From Paraspadella gotoi (taxonomy: Eukaryota > Animalia > Chaetognatha), in assembly GCA_051294375.1 (NCBI GenBank), contig CM119271.1, positions 2,308,677 to 2,372,676 of the forward strand: DNA of 64,000 nt, read 5' to 3'. This document shows, one piece after another, positions 11,956-24,500 of this stretch (position 1 is the first letter of the stretch; every line of letters begins with the position of its first letter). Both the position numbers and the translations under genes were made by a program. The notes beneath the pieces were generated by a model that was not told the origin of the DNA, searched no databases, and was given only the letters and a program-made list of their open reading frames with translations.

Positions 11956-13253
11956 TCAAGTTTTTCTGCCTTTAAAAGAACTGTACAAGTATTTCCTAGC
12001 TATGCTCTTCATGTAAGCCACGGCCGAGCTGTTGTCCCGGCCGGTCTTGACGGTGATGGGGCTGGTGACGATGTGGCGCAAGTTGACGGAGAACCACTTG
12101 TCGAAATTGTCCATGAGCAGCTGTTTGGAGCGAAAGTCCTTGGGCGAGTCGATTCCGAGCCCCAGACAAAGTTGGAGCGTCTCTTTGGACAGATCGTAGA
12201 TGACGCTGTTGAGAACTTTGGAGCCGACGCCGTCCTTTTGGAGGACGTCGTCGGGACTCATGGCGCCGAGGGCCTTCATCTTCTCGACCGTCTTGGGCGG
12301 AATGGGAATGAACTTGGGGGGGGAAACGTTTTATTAATTAATTCATTTCAAATATATTTTAGGTTAGGTTTTCACCTATTAATAATTTAATAGCTCTATT
12401 AATTGTGAGGTTTTTTGGTGCATTGGGGTTTGGGGAGAGCGATATAGATTTGTAACACTGAGAATTTTTAAAAAAAGCTGATCTTAAAAATCATCCCGCT
12501 CAGCCCCTCCCATTAACTCACCCTGCTCCCCGCGAGTCCGTCCTCAGGTTGCTGCACGGGGCTAATCCGACACCCGTCCTCGATCATCCCCGGAAAGAGC
12601 GTCCCGAATGAGAAGGAGGCGTCGTCGTCCAAAGGCCCGACGACTCCCTCTCCGGCCAGCGGCTCGTGTCTCGCGTCGACGGAGGAGTCGAGGGGAGTCT
12701 GCATGTAGACGACGCCGACGTCGTCGTCGTCGTCTATCGCCTCGACGATCTCTTCCTTGAGACGATGATCGACGGCGGAAGACGAAGAAAATTCGACGCC
12801 GGGATCCCCGCTTTCTTTTCGCCGTTTGGCTTTGGACGGCGCTGGAAAGTCAGAGTCGAGACTGGAGCGCTTTCCGGATCCGCCGGGAAGGCGGCGGGCG
12901 GGAGGGTAATTTTGGATGCAAAGAGCCGAGCTTATCGGAGAGTCGTCGTCGTCGTCGATCGCGACGGCGGCGCCAACGTCGACGCCGCCGACTTGTTGAC
13001 GGAGAGCGCTGACGCCGAGATCGACTTGGCACTCGATGTCGGTCGGCGCGGGGGCGAGGCCGGCCGTCTTGAAGCGTTCGCAAAGGTGGCGCTTGCCAGA
13101 ATATTTTCGGCCCTGAGGAGTCTCGACGAGGATGAAGATGCCGACGTCCGTGAGGGCGGAAATCTTCGTCGCCGCCTCCAGCAGGATGTCGGAGAAAGCC
13201 GTCTCCAAGTGCTGGAGGTGGTTGACGAGGCCGAAGAGGTTGTGAGAGGACAT
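11956..13253 (-). CDS. MADS-like family member D; exons 12522-13253 and 11956-12312
   Basis: N-terminus MSSHNLFGLVNHLQHLETAFSDILLEAATKISALTDVGIFILVETPQGRKYSGKRHLCERF. Phase-0 GT-AG intron. C-domain KVLNSVIYDLSKE...LGIDSPKDFRSK...FDKWFSVNL...YMKSIARK. Confidence 0.85.
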
Positions 13254-14796
13254 TTTCTCTGTTTCGTTATTTTTCGTATTTATTAACTAAATAAAGAAAA
13301 AAATAGTGATGGGCAGTTAGAAAAATATTTTTCGGATTTCATTTTTTATATTAATTACGAATAAAAGTGTAAAAACGATTGAATGTTTTAAAAAATAAAT
13401 TAAGCTAGACTCGATTGCGGAGAAAAACTAAACTAATACTGATTCTAGATTCTAGGCTATGATTGATAATGGTATAACAGAGTGGACTCATTTCCTCAGG
13501 GGCAAAAATGAATCGGTTTGCATACCATGCAATTTTCATCGCGCGCCAAATATGAGTATTGGCAATGCGGTCGATTTAAATAATTGAAAATTGTAAACAT
13601 TAATTCTAAGTTCTAAGTATGGCACAGATAATAGCCCGTAAAACAATGATAGAGCTAGAGACAGTTAAGATTTGAATATGTAATTACAAAATATAAATAA
13701 ACCAACAATTGCAGTTACAGCAAATTTAGCTTATGTTCTTCACTTGACAGCTCGAGGCCACGCGAAAAGGGTGTTAGAGGGAGAATGTTGTGGGCGATGC
13801 CGGCGGGCGCAGGACGGGCTTGAGAAGCACGAGACCCTCTAACGCGTTGACCACAAATAATATGCATCGGTAAACACTAAACAATGAGTCCTTTAGATGA
13901 TCTTCTTCACAAAAGGGAACTGCATTCAGTTGGGTTATGAACAAATATTAGTCATCAACTGATTAATGATCTATATTTCTATGTTCTACATTCTATTCCA
14001 CCTTTGTAAAAGTAAGGAAGCCATCTACGTAAACAGTATTTAAAATATCAGGCATTGTTTATTGTGTTTAAGAATTTGTAAACTTATGTTAAATACTAAA
14101 TAAGCGAAATCATCATTCGTCTTTAACCGAAAAACTGAATGTGTGTTTAAGAATTTATTTGAAGTGAATAAAACCCGATACAGTATTTAAGTAACTTAAA
14201 TCTCGAAAATAAATTATAATAAAATATTGAATCTGCTACACTAATGCAAATAATAAAAAATTTAAGCAGTACATATATATTTTTTTAATAGTTTCGCTCG
14301 GATTAGTAAGTTTAACCTACATTATATTTTAACATACAATTCTAATTTCTTTTTAAAAGACTAGTCGGGAAAAGCACGATTGTTTGAGCAAATCTTTTTA
14401 TAATTAGTTAACACTGATTATTAACGGTCTGAGTCACGAAAAACAGTTGTAACTGTTCACAGATTAAAATTACAAAGCTTCACTAAAAACAGATGCAAGT
14501 TGCAACTGTTTACAGAGTAAAATTGCAAAGCTGCATTCGTACGTATTATCTTTTATCTTTCAAGTCCAACAATTTGGTTGACCGTGCAGAGTTTAACAAG
14601 TGAAAATAATAAAATTAAGATTCAAGCAAAATGGCTTGGATACACAACTCATAAAACGGTACAAAAGGTGTAAAAATGTAAATCAAATAAAAAGACAATG
14701 AGATCAAACAGTATACGTAATTGCGAGTATTCTAAAAAAAAGCTCTATAAATGTAAAAAAAGCACTTGAGTACTAATAAATTAAATTCAAATTGAC

Positions 14797-17492
14797 TTAG
14801 AGAGGAAGTTCCCATCGATGTTTCGATTCCATTTCTGAAAGGATAGGAACAAAAATCCCTAATCAGTTTTTTTTTTAATCAGCCAAGTTTTCCAGAATGC
14901 TTTGCCTTACCGCAAGATTTATGGACGACCTCGCTTCTCCCGTTGCTCGTTTCCTCTTCCCAAAATCCGGTATCGAAACGTTCCAATTCGTTCATTTCCG
15001 GTTCTTAGGCAAAACAAAAAAAATAATCATCATCATCATCATCGTCACCATCTTTGCTGAAATCTTGAACTCCAACATCTCTAACCTTTATCGTCTTCAG
15101 AAGAAGTGGAAGAAAATAACAAAACTTCCGCTCCGTTTTCTTCCTCGATGCCGTTTTCAAAGACGCCTTCATTGCGCGACGCCGCCGGTACTGGTTCCAT
15201 GCGTCCAGAGTCCACGCGTTCGACCACACGCGACACAGGCTTGCTGGTGTTTGGGCGAAAACGCCCAGTTCGACGAACTTCCGTCGTCGAAACGTCATCT
15301 TCTTCCAAGTTGTCTGCGACGTCCGGACTTCGTTCGGAAGTCCCACGCTCCATGGCGCGCGTCTCATTCGATGGCGGGGGCGAAGTGCCTCTTTCGACGG
15401 AAGTGCGACGCGGCGACACAGAGACCGCGGCTTCCGATGCGCTGTCTTCGTCAGCGGCGGCAGTGAAGGTGGTCATGATGGCGCTGTGGGAGGTAATACC
15501 CGATCGAGAACATTGAGAATGAGGTAAAGGTGCGCGGGGATGGCGAGTCGATCGTGGGTGAGCGGGTTGAGGATGAGCGCGGGAACAAGAGTTCGATGGC
15601 GGCGTGCGAGAACTTTGGGAGTGAGATTTAAGATCAAGAGATTTCAAATGAGGGGTTTGACGCCGAGTTTGAGCAGGTGGATGACGATCAACGCGGGATC
15701 GTGGATCAGAACGTTTTTCGACAGAAAGCTCATTTGAGACGGGCACCGACAACGCCCCGCCAAAACGTTCCGGGCCACGAATAAGGGAACGTTCTGGCTG
15801 TAGGGGAGGTCGGCACGAGCGCCGTTCAGGATCTGGAAAAGACCGTGTCTTCACTATTTTCCTCCTTCCGGCCCCAGGGGACGCGATCGCCGAACCGGCC
15901 GAGGCAAAGTTCGTGGCGCTGTCAAATCGATATCTGGGTTCAGACGGGGTTAATAAGTTCGAAGGCCGAGATGTCGCAATTTGGGCACGGTCGCGTCGGC
16001 GATCCCGACGGAAAGGGACGGTGCCGTCAAAATCGGCGTCGATCGTGAAGGATCGAGTCAATGATGTCGCCCTATCCGCCCGTCGCGCCGAGGAATTCCG
16101 CGGAAGGGAGCATGGATCAAGCCGTCGGCCCTCGCCCATACCAACACTTTTATCTTTCCGCGTTGAGCTAAACGATTGAGGCGACGGGCGTTCCATGAAC
16201 CCATCGAGCAGGGACGCGTCATCATCATGTCGTCGGGTTCCGGAGTGGATCGGCATGACGCCACGTCGATCTCCTTTAGTTCCCTCGGGAGTGACGGCGG
16301 GAGTCGCGGGCGCTGAGAGGGAAGGCGGATATGGACGCGGAGCCTCTTTACCGGAACGATGACGGTATCTCCTCGAACTGTCGTCCTCGTCATCATCGCC
16401 GAGAAAGAAAAGCGTGGAAGGGCGGGATCTCGCCGCGACCTCCTCGGTCGGCTCCAATTCCTCCGGCCACGGGGACGACGCCGCGCGATTTCGACCGCGT
16501 CGCGGAAAAACGGCGACGTCGCTTTGATCTCGTCGGTCCGACCGACAACAGACGTCGGTAATTTCAGTAGGGGAGGGAACTCGGCGTCGATCGTCGGGCA
16601 CGCGGGTCAAGGGCGCTTTGACGAGAGTGACGTCGGCGTCGTCGGGAAATGGGACGCGATGAAATCCGCGGGGGAGAGAGTGGAAAGAGGAGAAGGATTG
16701 AGAATTGGGAAAAGTGAGAGATGATATGACTGTTGCTGGAGTTACGGGGCTGAGGTCGTCGCGGTTGTCACCTTTCTCTCCCGACTCTCTCTCCATCCTA
16801 CACCAATTCCTCGCCTCTTTCGCCAACAACTTTTCTCCTTTCGACAACACCGCCTCCACGTCCTCTCCCCTACCCCTCCACCCCAAACGACACGCCAGCA
16901 ACGCCCGGTCGACGACCACGCCGACTCGGTCGTCCACGTCTCCCGCCTCAGAGGAAGCGACTTCCTCGATATCGCCTAAAAACAGAAAGATCATTTGTTT
17001 TCCACAAGCCTCATTTCAAAACTCATTCGCATAATACGTTATACATGACTACCCTGTTATGTAACCCGTCTCCAACACATATATATGAACTCCAACGCCT
17101 CACCATTTTTTAAGCGCTTTCAAACATACTAAGTGGGACAGAAAAACTTTCCGCCAACCAAGTGACTTGGTTGCTGCGCGAGCAAACGCACTAAAAAGTT
17201 CCTTTAAGAATGATAACATTGTATGAGTGGAATTCGTGTCAACGGTCACTTAGAAACTCATTATGATAATTGATAATTGATTCTCGGCTATTTTTCGATT
17301 CTTCCTCACAAAAGATCCTCCTCAGTCCTCACCTTGATCCGCATCGTCGCCGGCGCCGCCGTAATGACGACAAAGGCAACAGAGGAAGGTGAGCAGAATT
17401 CCGAGAAATGAGAAGACGATGACGGAGACGATGAGGATCTCGATGGCGCCGAAACCCGGCTGGCAGTCGACGGCGTCCGAGGCGCAGACCAT
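14797..17492 (-). CDS. Single-pass (type III-like) membrane protein with a long disordered Arg/Ser/Pro-rich cytoplasmic tail; exons 17333-17492, 15086-16975, about 14911-15003 and about 14797-14834
   Basis: Exon 1, which is not in the ORF track, reads MVCASDAVDCQPGFGAIEILIVSVIVFSFLGILLTFLCCLCRHYGG. It splices in frame into the 637-aa ORF, and two small terminal exons end ...EMESKHRWELPL*. Confidence 0.7.
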
Positions 17493-17792
17493 GACAAGGG
17501 CGGGACGGTCATGTCATGAGGTTGAAGTAAGAATAAGATGTCCGTTTTGTTTGTTTTTTTTTGCGGGGGCGGCGCCGGATAGGGTTGCGCGGAGGCAAAT
17601 CGAGGATTAATATTTTTTTTTCGGCTTAAGGCAAAAAAATGTTTTTAATTGTTAAAGAGATCACTTGAGGCGAGGCAGCCTGACCTGATATTTAATATTG
17701 GTATCAGGTCTCCGACTCTGAAAAATTAAAAATCCAAGAGCGGAAACGGGTTTAACTGATTTAAATACTGTATGAATGGATTAAAGGCGTAT

Positions 17793-20700
17793 TTAAGCAG
17801 GCAACGTACATTCCAACAATTTCGACCAAATCTTAAAAATCTCTCCAATCGCTCGCGATTCGTCGCCCTTTTCCTCCAACTCGCGCTCGATTTCTTTCGC
17901 TTTTCTCTCCACTTCGTCCAAAGTTTTCATCCTCGATTCGACGATGACGCCGCTCGACGGAGGAGCGCCCTCTTCGCTCTCCAAGGTCATCAAGCGGCGA
18001 TGGAATAAGTTTCTTGCCGCCGCCGCGAAAGTTGGTGATGCCGACGAGAACTTCAAAGCGTTAGAGGAAGAGTTTCCGTCGGGCGATTCGGCCGTCACCA
18101 CGCAGCGCTGCCCACGAAAAGGTTCTTGAATCACCCCGCAGCTAGCTGACGCTCGATCTGCGAGCGATTTTAACCCGAAAAAGGCAAAGGCAGCGCGGAT
18201 TCTTTCCTCCTCTCCGGATGTCCATCCCAACCGCCTCGTCGTCGATTCGCTCAACTCTAGACAACACGAAAAACTGTCCGAGGGCTGTTCGTTCGATCGA
18301 CACGCATTGCCTGCGGAGGTTATTCCGGGAAAAGCGTGAATTTCGGGTTTGGCGCGGGCGATCTCGTCAACGACCCCGTCGGCGAAGACGCGGAGTCGGA
18401 AGGCGGAGTCGTCGGGAAGAGGATCGTCAAAAGTTGTTCGAAAAAGAGATGTCTCTTCGAAGTAACGGCGAGGTCGTCCATGATCATCTTCGACGGCTCG
18501 AGTGATATCCAAAAAGTCCAGCGTTTTATCGAAAGCGAAAAAGGAGAGGCGCTCGGCCGGAGACGGGATGAGGCGGCGTCCATAGAGTGAAGAGACTCGT
18601 CGGCGTCGGTCGGAAGACTCGAGGAAAGTATCGAGACAGAAGTCGAGATAGACGACGGCGGAGAGGGTTGCGACAAGGGCGTTGGAGTAATCGAGGCCGA
18701 GATCCTGCCACGAATACATGTATTAAATTATACAATATACAATTTATACATTATACAATTATATATCTTTATAGATACATAGGTATTTACCCACCTGCAA
18801 GGGAACCGCGAACCGCCTCGTCTCTCCCCGACCGAAATTCCTAAGCACGTCTGACCTCTGAGCAGAGAATATAGTCGGCGAAAGACGATGTTCCTTCTCA
18901 TCGATGGAGACGACTGCAACAAGGTTCATTCACATGTTGTATTACATTTTCCGAGACAAAAAGAAACCACTCGTAAAGTCCTCACCCAAATGCCAGGACC
19001 ACCCGCGACCGAAAACAAAGTCCGATTCATTTCTCAGTAGAAACACCGCGTCGACGCTCGACGCTTCGCTCTCTCCATCGTCGTCCCTCCACTCGGTGTA
19101 GAATTGAAGATCAACCATCCTCCCTCCTCTTCCCTTCAAATGGCCGCAGACGACGAGATTCTCGAGCGTCTCGTTTAGCGCCGCCGAAGTCTCCCGAATC
19201 TCGCGTCGCCTCTCGGCCATCGTTTCGGCGGAAGATAGAATGTCCTGGAGGCGGCGCGAAGGATCTCCGACGAGGATATCGGCCGGGGATGGTCCGGCGG
19301 GAGAAAGGAGGCGGCGGGAGAAGAGGTTACCGGAGGAATCGATGAAAAAGAGGAGATCGGGGGAGAAGATGGAGGAGGAAAAGGAGAAAAGGGCGAGAGC
19401 AAGAATGTCGCGATGGGAAAAAAGGCGGGAGGAGAAATGATCGGCTTCGTCCTAAATGAAAAGGACTTAATTTGGTTTCTTAGTCTAGTTTACAAATGGT
19501 TAGTCAATAGTCATAAACCACCAGTGATAATCACACGATAATCAGTAAATCTTAGGAAAAGAGCATTAAGTTTCACCTTGAAAACTCCCTCAACTCACCA
19601 TCGGAAACTTCTCCGTCACCAGTTGATCCAACGACACCCGGTAAACGAAGGAGCGCGAAGAAAATATCAGCGAGGAAAAACCGAAAGAAGCGACGACTGA
19701 CGGGTAATCCGGCAGCGAAAATCGCCGAACTGTCGCTTCAGCCGACGCTGATCCTGCATCATCCAGTGATCCGACTTTCGTTCCGGATATTCCCCCCAAC
19801 GTCAACTCGGCGACACTGCCGGATTTTTCCACGCAAATCAATCTCGTGTCCTTTCGCCCGTCCGGATGGTTCAACTCCGTCGCGGACAATCGAAAGACGG
19901 CTCGACAAAAGTCGAAGACAGGGACCACGGATGGCGCCGTCTTCGTCGTCGGCCTTGTAGAGGCGTGGAACGACAAGTGAAACGTCTGACCGGTGTTGCA
20001 AGTCAACAGAACGGACTCGGCATCGTCGAAAGGTCCACTCTTATCGTCGATGCGGTGCAGTGTCGTGAAAGAGTTCCACAGCCGATCGGAGACGCGACGA
20101 ACGCAATTCGGACAGGGAGCTTCTTCCCGCGCGCTCGAGCTTTGTCGGGCGATGAAGGCGACATCGACGAAAGCGACAGAGGAGGAAATCATGGAAGGGA
20201 GAGCTAACGACGTTTCCGTCGATTCATTGTAGTCGGGCGCCGACAAGACGACGACTACGACTCCGCCGATCTCATCCTTGGTGACGAGGACCACGCGCGA
20301 GGGGGAGGCACCGAAACCGAGGACGAGGCCTATGGCGGTGTGGATCCTGTGGGCGTGGTCAGATTCGACGATGGTTGACGGAGTCTTGGGAACATCTTCC
20401 TTGTGGGGAATCGAGTGGGACAAATTTAAGAATTTTGTCTTATTCAGAAATTTTCCAACATTTATCACAATTATTTATAATAAACCTACTCGGCTTTAAT
20501 ACTTTATCACGGACAGTTTTGGGGAATATTGCCAACTTTTTTTAATTGAATTTGAGAGATTTTAACAATTCAACCTCGACCTTCCACCAACTCCGCCAAA
20601 TCCTCTAAAGGGTGAAAACATAAAATTTCTCACGGCCACGATTCCCTGCCAGAACAACTGCACCCCTCCCACGGCTCCAAAACCGAACTTAATACAGACT

Positions 20701-21084
20701 CCGACGCACCTTGCTCTTTCCCTTCCTCGCTCTCTTCCTAGAGTCTCTCGTCCCATTTAACCGCGAGGAGACAAAGACCGAGACCCGCCCCGATTTTGAG
20801 AGGACGAAGAGTCTCCGCTCGTCGTCGTTCTTCCGCGGACAAGAGACTCGAGCGTCGGCGACGGCGCCGACGCAGCGCAGGCTGAGCGCGTGATCGAGTT
20901 CGGCGTCGTCGCCGCCGCCGGGTCGAAGTTCGAAGACGTTGACGAAGCGGGAAGAAGCGGCGAGGAGAAAGCGGTTGGAATGGGAGGAAAGGACGGGAGA
21001 TTGTAAGGGATTGTCGTCGTCGTCATCGTCGTCCTCGACGGGCAGTTGCGCGATAAAGCGAGAGTCTGTTCCGGTCGGAAGCAT
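17793..21084 (-). CDS. FAAP100-like (Fanconi anaemia core complex-associated protein 100), divergent, multi-exon
   Basis: Beta-rich N-terminal region, then a coiled segment (LQDILSSAETMAERRREIRETSAALNETLENLVVC), then LLRNESDFVFGRGWSWHL and ...TLDFLDITR. This order parallels my recollection of FAAP100 (LTSLNEAMNV, LENSSSFSLDQGWTLC, TVDMLQCLR). Confidence 0.55.
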
Positions 21085-21511
21085 CTCGTTATCACTGTCA
21101 AACAAAAATTAACTTGCTGACTATAAATACGAAAACCTCCCGAGATTTGTAACAAAATAAATCAACCGTCGACCCTTCAATGGTAAAACATCAGGGCTAA
21201 AAGATGGGAAGTCGAATAAATCTAAATAAATCGGCATATATCCTAAATTAAACTGCATATCGAAGCATTAACTGGTCTAGAATGTCATTGACAAAGATAA
21301 TTCGTGGTAAACATATTTATTCATTTATAAAATTTAAAGAATGGAAAACTAAATAAAATAAATTTATGCAGGAGATAATTGACTTCGGCTAAATAATTCG
21401 ACAGTTCAATTCTAAAAAGAGCACCTTTGGAGAAAAATTATTTCACATGAAAGTAGCAAGAAAAGCATCGTCGGAGTTTTTCCGTCTCGTCAATTTCGTC
21501 GTCTCCAAAGG

Positions 21512-24500
21512 TCAAAAAAGCAAAGCTTCGTCCATCAAATCGTCCTCGACCGCCTTCGTTCCGCCGAACCGATGATTGAGGGAATCCAGCGCCGAATCCA
21601 CTTCGCTCGACGCCGCTTCGACCACGAAACCGGAAGCCGCGCCGCTCGTCGGCTGCGTCGCGACGGCGTCCTTTGCCGGTGGCGCCGAAGGCGGCGTCTT
21701 AACCCCGGTCGCGGCGCAGTCGATGATTAGCGAGTCTTTTTCCTCGTCGTCGTCCTCATCCTCCGAAGTTGGAATCGGAGGCGGAGTTTTCAGCTTCGAC
21801 GTCGGCTTAATCGGCGACGCCGGAGATTTGGCCGATTTCTCGTGGAGGCTGATCTCCTTCACGGGTCCTCCGGTCATGTTGAAGCGATCGTGCAGGGCTT
21901 CTGGGGAGGCAATCTCGTCAATCTCATCCAGCGGAGCGGCGGCGGCGGCTGCAGAGGAGGAAGATGAGCCACGATCGTCTTTGGAAGAGAGAAAGCTAAG
22001 GAAGCTGCTCTCGAAAGAGTCACCGCTGGTGGGAGCGGTCGAGGCGCTGCCTCCACTACTGACTCTACTTTCCTTCTTGCCGCATGTCTCGTCGTCCTTG
22101 GTCGGACATTCGGGGGCTCGGCTCGGCTCCATATGTCTAAACTCAGTGGTAGAGGTCTTTAAAATACTCTTTAAAACTTTCTCTTCGGGTTTGGAGACGA
22201 TGGCTGGGGGCGCGGACTTAAGGATCGCGTTCGCCGTGCTCGTCGGCGGTTCGGACGAAGCAGCCGCTGCCGTCGAGTTAGCGCCTTCCTTCGACAATCC
22301 TCCGCTCTCATCGTCAAAGACATCGGAAAAGGCGGAGAAGACGTTCGGGCTCTTGAGGCCTTGACTCAGCTTGTCCACGATATTGGATAGGTGATTGGCG
22401 GCGGCTCCGCTGCCTGCCGCCCCGTACAGCTTGGCCTTGTTCGGCTTAGACTTTACAGAGGTTCCCGGCGTGATGGGAGTCGGCAAGGGAGGCGGGAGCG
22501 GCTGCATCGACGCTGCCGCCGCAGCCGTCGGACCGAAAGGCTTGCTGGGCTGAGAAGAGTTGTGAGAGGATTTGAGGATCCCCGTGGGCGCTGACGTCGA
22601 CGATGTCGAAATCGAGGAAGTCGGCGCGGAGGAGCTCGAAGCAGCGGACGAAGTGGTTGAAGGAGGCTTGATCTTTGTAAATTTGAGCCCAGCGGGTAGA
22701 CTGGGCTGAAATGTTGGCAGACCCAGCAGCGGCGGTTGAGGATTAGCGCCTTTTTTTCCGCCGCCGCCGGCCATGGAGTTTGGGGAAGAGATTCTTCCCT
22801 GTGAGGAGGAAGAAGTCGACTTTTGTAAGGCGGGCGCAGAAGCGCTGCCCTTAACGAGCGGAGAGGATCGCGGCAAAGAGGGTGACGAAGACTTGGACCC
22901 GACTTTAGAGGACATCGTAGGAGGGATGTTCAAGGGCTTTAATTTAACGGTCGGCGTTTTTTTGAGTGCGCCGCTCAGATCAGACTTGGCGGGAATCTTG
23001 ACGCCGGTAGAAGCGGATGGCGTCGACCGCGAGGCCGACGATCCAGCTTTGTTACTGACGCCGGAAGTGTTCGGCGAAGAGGAGCGCCCGGTCGAGAAGG
23101 ACAGAGAGGATTTGCTAATAGTCGTCGACCCCTGCTTTTGATGCGGCGGAACCGGCGTCGCCGTGATGATGCCGTCGGGCGTCGTGCGAATTTTAATAGG
23201 CGACACTGTCTTAATCTTATTGCGGACAAGCGATGAGGCTGTCGCACCTCCGCCAGAAACCCCTTTGTTCGAGTTTGAGACTTTGAGCGGGTGGTAAGGG
23301 GGCGTGCGAGACCCTGGGTCAGAGGCTGAATAGATAGCGGTCACGCCTCCCGTCTCTTTGTTCCATTCGATGGGGATGTCGCGTTCCACACTTCCGGATC
23401 GCACCTGCGTGATATTGAAGATTACATCTTCGTCTTTTTTGTCATATTTTTGTCATCAGTATATATATTTACCGTGTTCTACCTATTAATTTATATTTAG
23501 CTTTCACTATAATAGCCACCGCCCGACCCAATCACCTTTTTCTTCTTCTCCGCGACGACGCCCTTCTTCGCCTCCATTTGCGCCACCTCTTTCTTCTTCT
23601 TTACTTTGCGCATTGCCTCGTCAATGTCGGAGAGGCTGCGCTTGAGAGACGCCGAGGCCGACTTTTTGAGGCCAGAATCCGAAGAGGACGACGACGCCGT
23701 AAGTCGAGCGCCGACGCCGGCCTCGTCGATGACGACGTCGTCGTCCGCGTCCTCCGTCAAATCGATAAAGTCGCCGCCTCCACCAGCCTTTTTAGAAGAA
23801 GCCGCCGACGAAGCCGCGCCGATCTGACCGCCGACGCCCGATTTGGCGCCGGTGGTTTTGACCGACTCGGACATAGACGCTGGGTCCGTTTTGGCGCCGC
23901 CCGCCGACGGAGCGGCGTCCTTTTTGGCCGCGAGCTGGGCGAGGAAGGAAGCCGCCGAAGGCGTGGAGGCCGCGGGGCCCGAGACGTTACCGTCACCGGA
24001 AGACGAGAAGCCGGTCTTGGAGCGGTTGATCAACGGCGAATTGCGAAACACGTTAGGAGTCGTCGAGAGGGTAGACGAGACGAACTCCTTGCTGTTGTTG
24101 TTGCCACCTTTGGTTTGAGCGAGATCCCGATCGACATCCGACGAGAGAGTCGTAGCGGCGGCAGAGGGCGCTACGGATGATGCCGATCGTCCATCACCTG
24201 ATAAACAAAAACCGAAGCAAAATAAAAACAAATCGAATCAAAAACCTCAAATCCTCATGTACCTAAAAAATGGTCCGATGGAAAATTTTGGGAGTTGGGA
24301 TTGGTTCGGCTCATGTTGCCCATGGGTTGTTGGTTCATTCCTTGACCTAAACCTTGATTCATGGCCGGGTTCATGGGATTCATTCCTCCCATCCCTTGAT
24401 TCATAGGATTCATTCCGTGATTCATAGGCGCGTTCATGCCTTGATTCATTGCGTGATTAATACCAGAGTTCCCAGTCTGGTTCATTCCTTGATTCATTCC

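Noticed and set aside
13870-13975. Box C/D snoRNA (GATGAT...CTGA)
   Set aside because: The box C match is imperfect, there is no terminal stem, and such motifs are expected by chance in AT-rich DNA.
14445-14535. Two imperfect ~38-bp direct repeats (gttg.aactgtt.acaga.taaaatt.caaagct)
   Set aside because: A short degenerate duplication in a probable 3' UTR, with no evidence of function.
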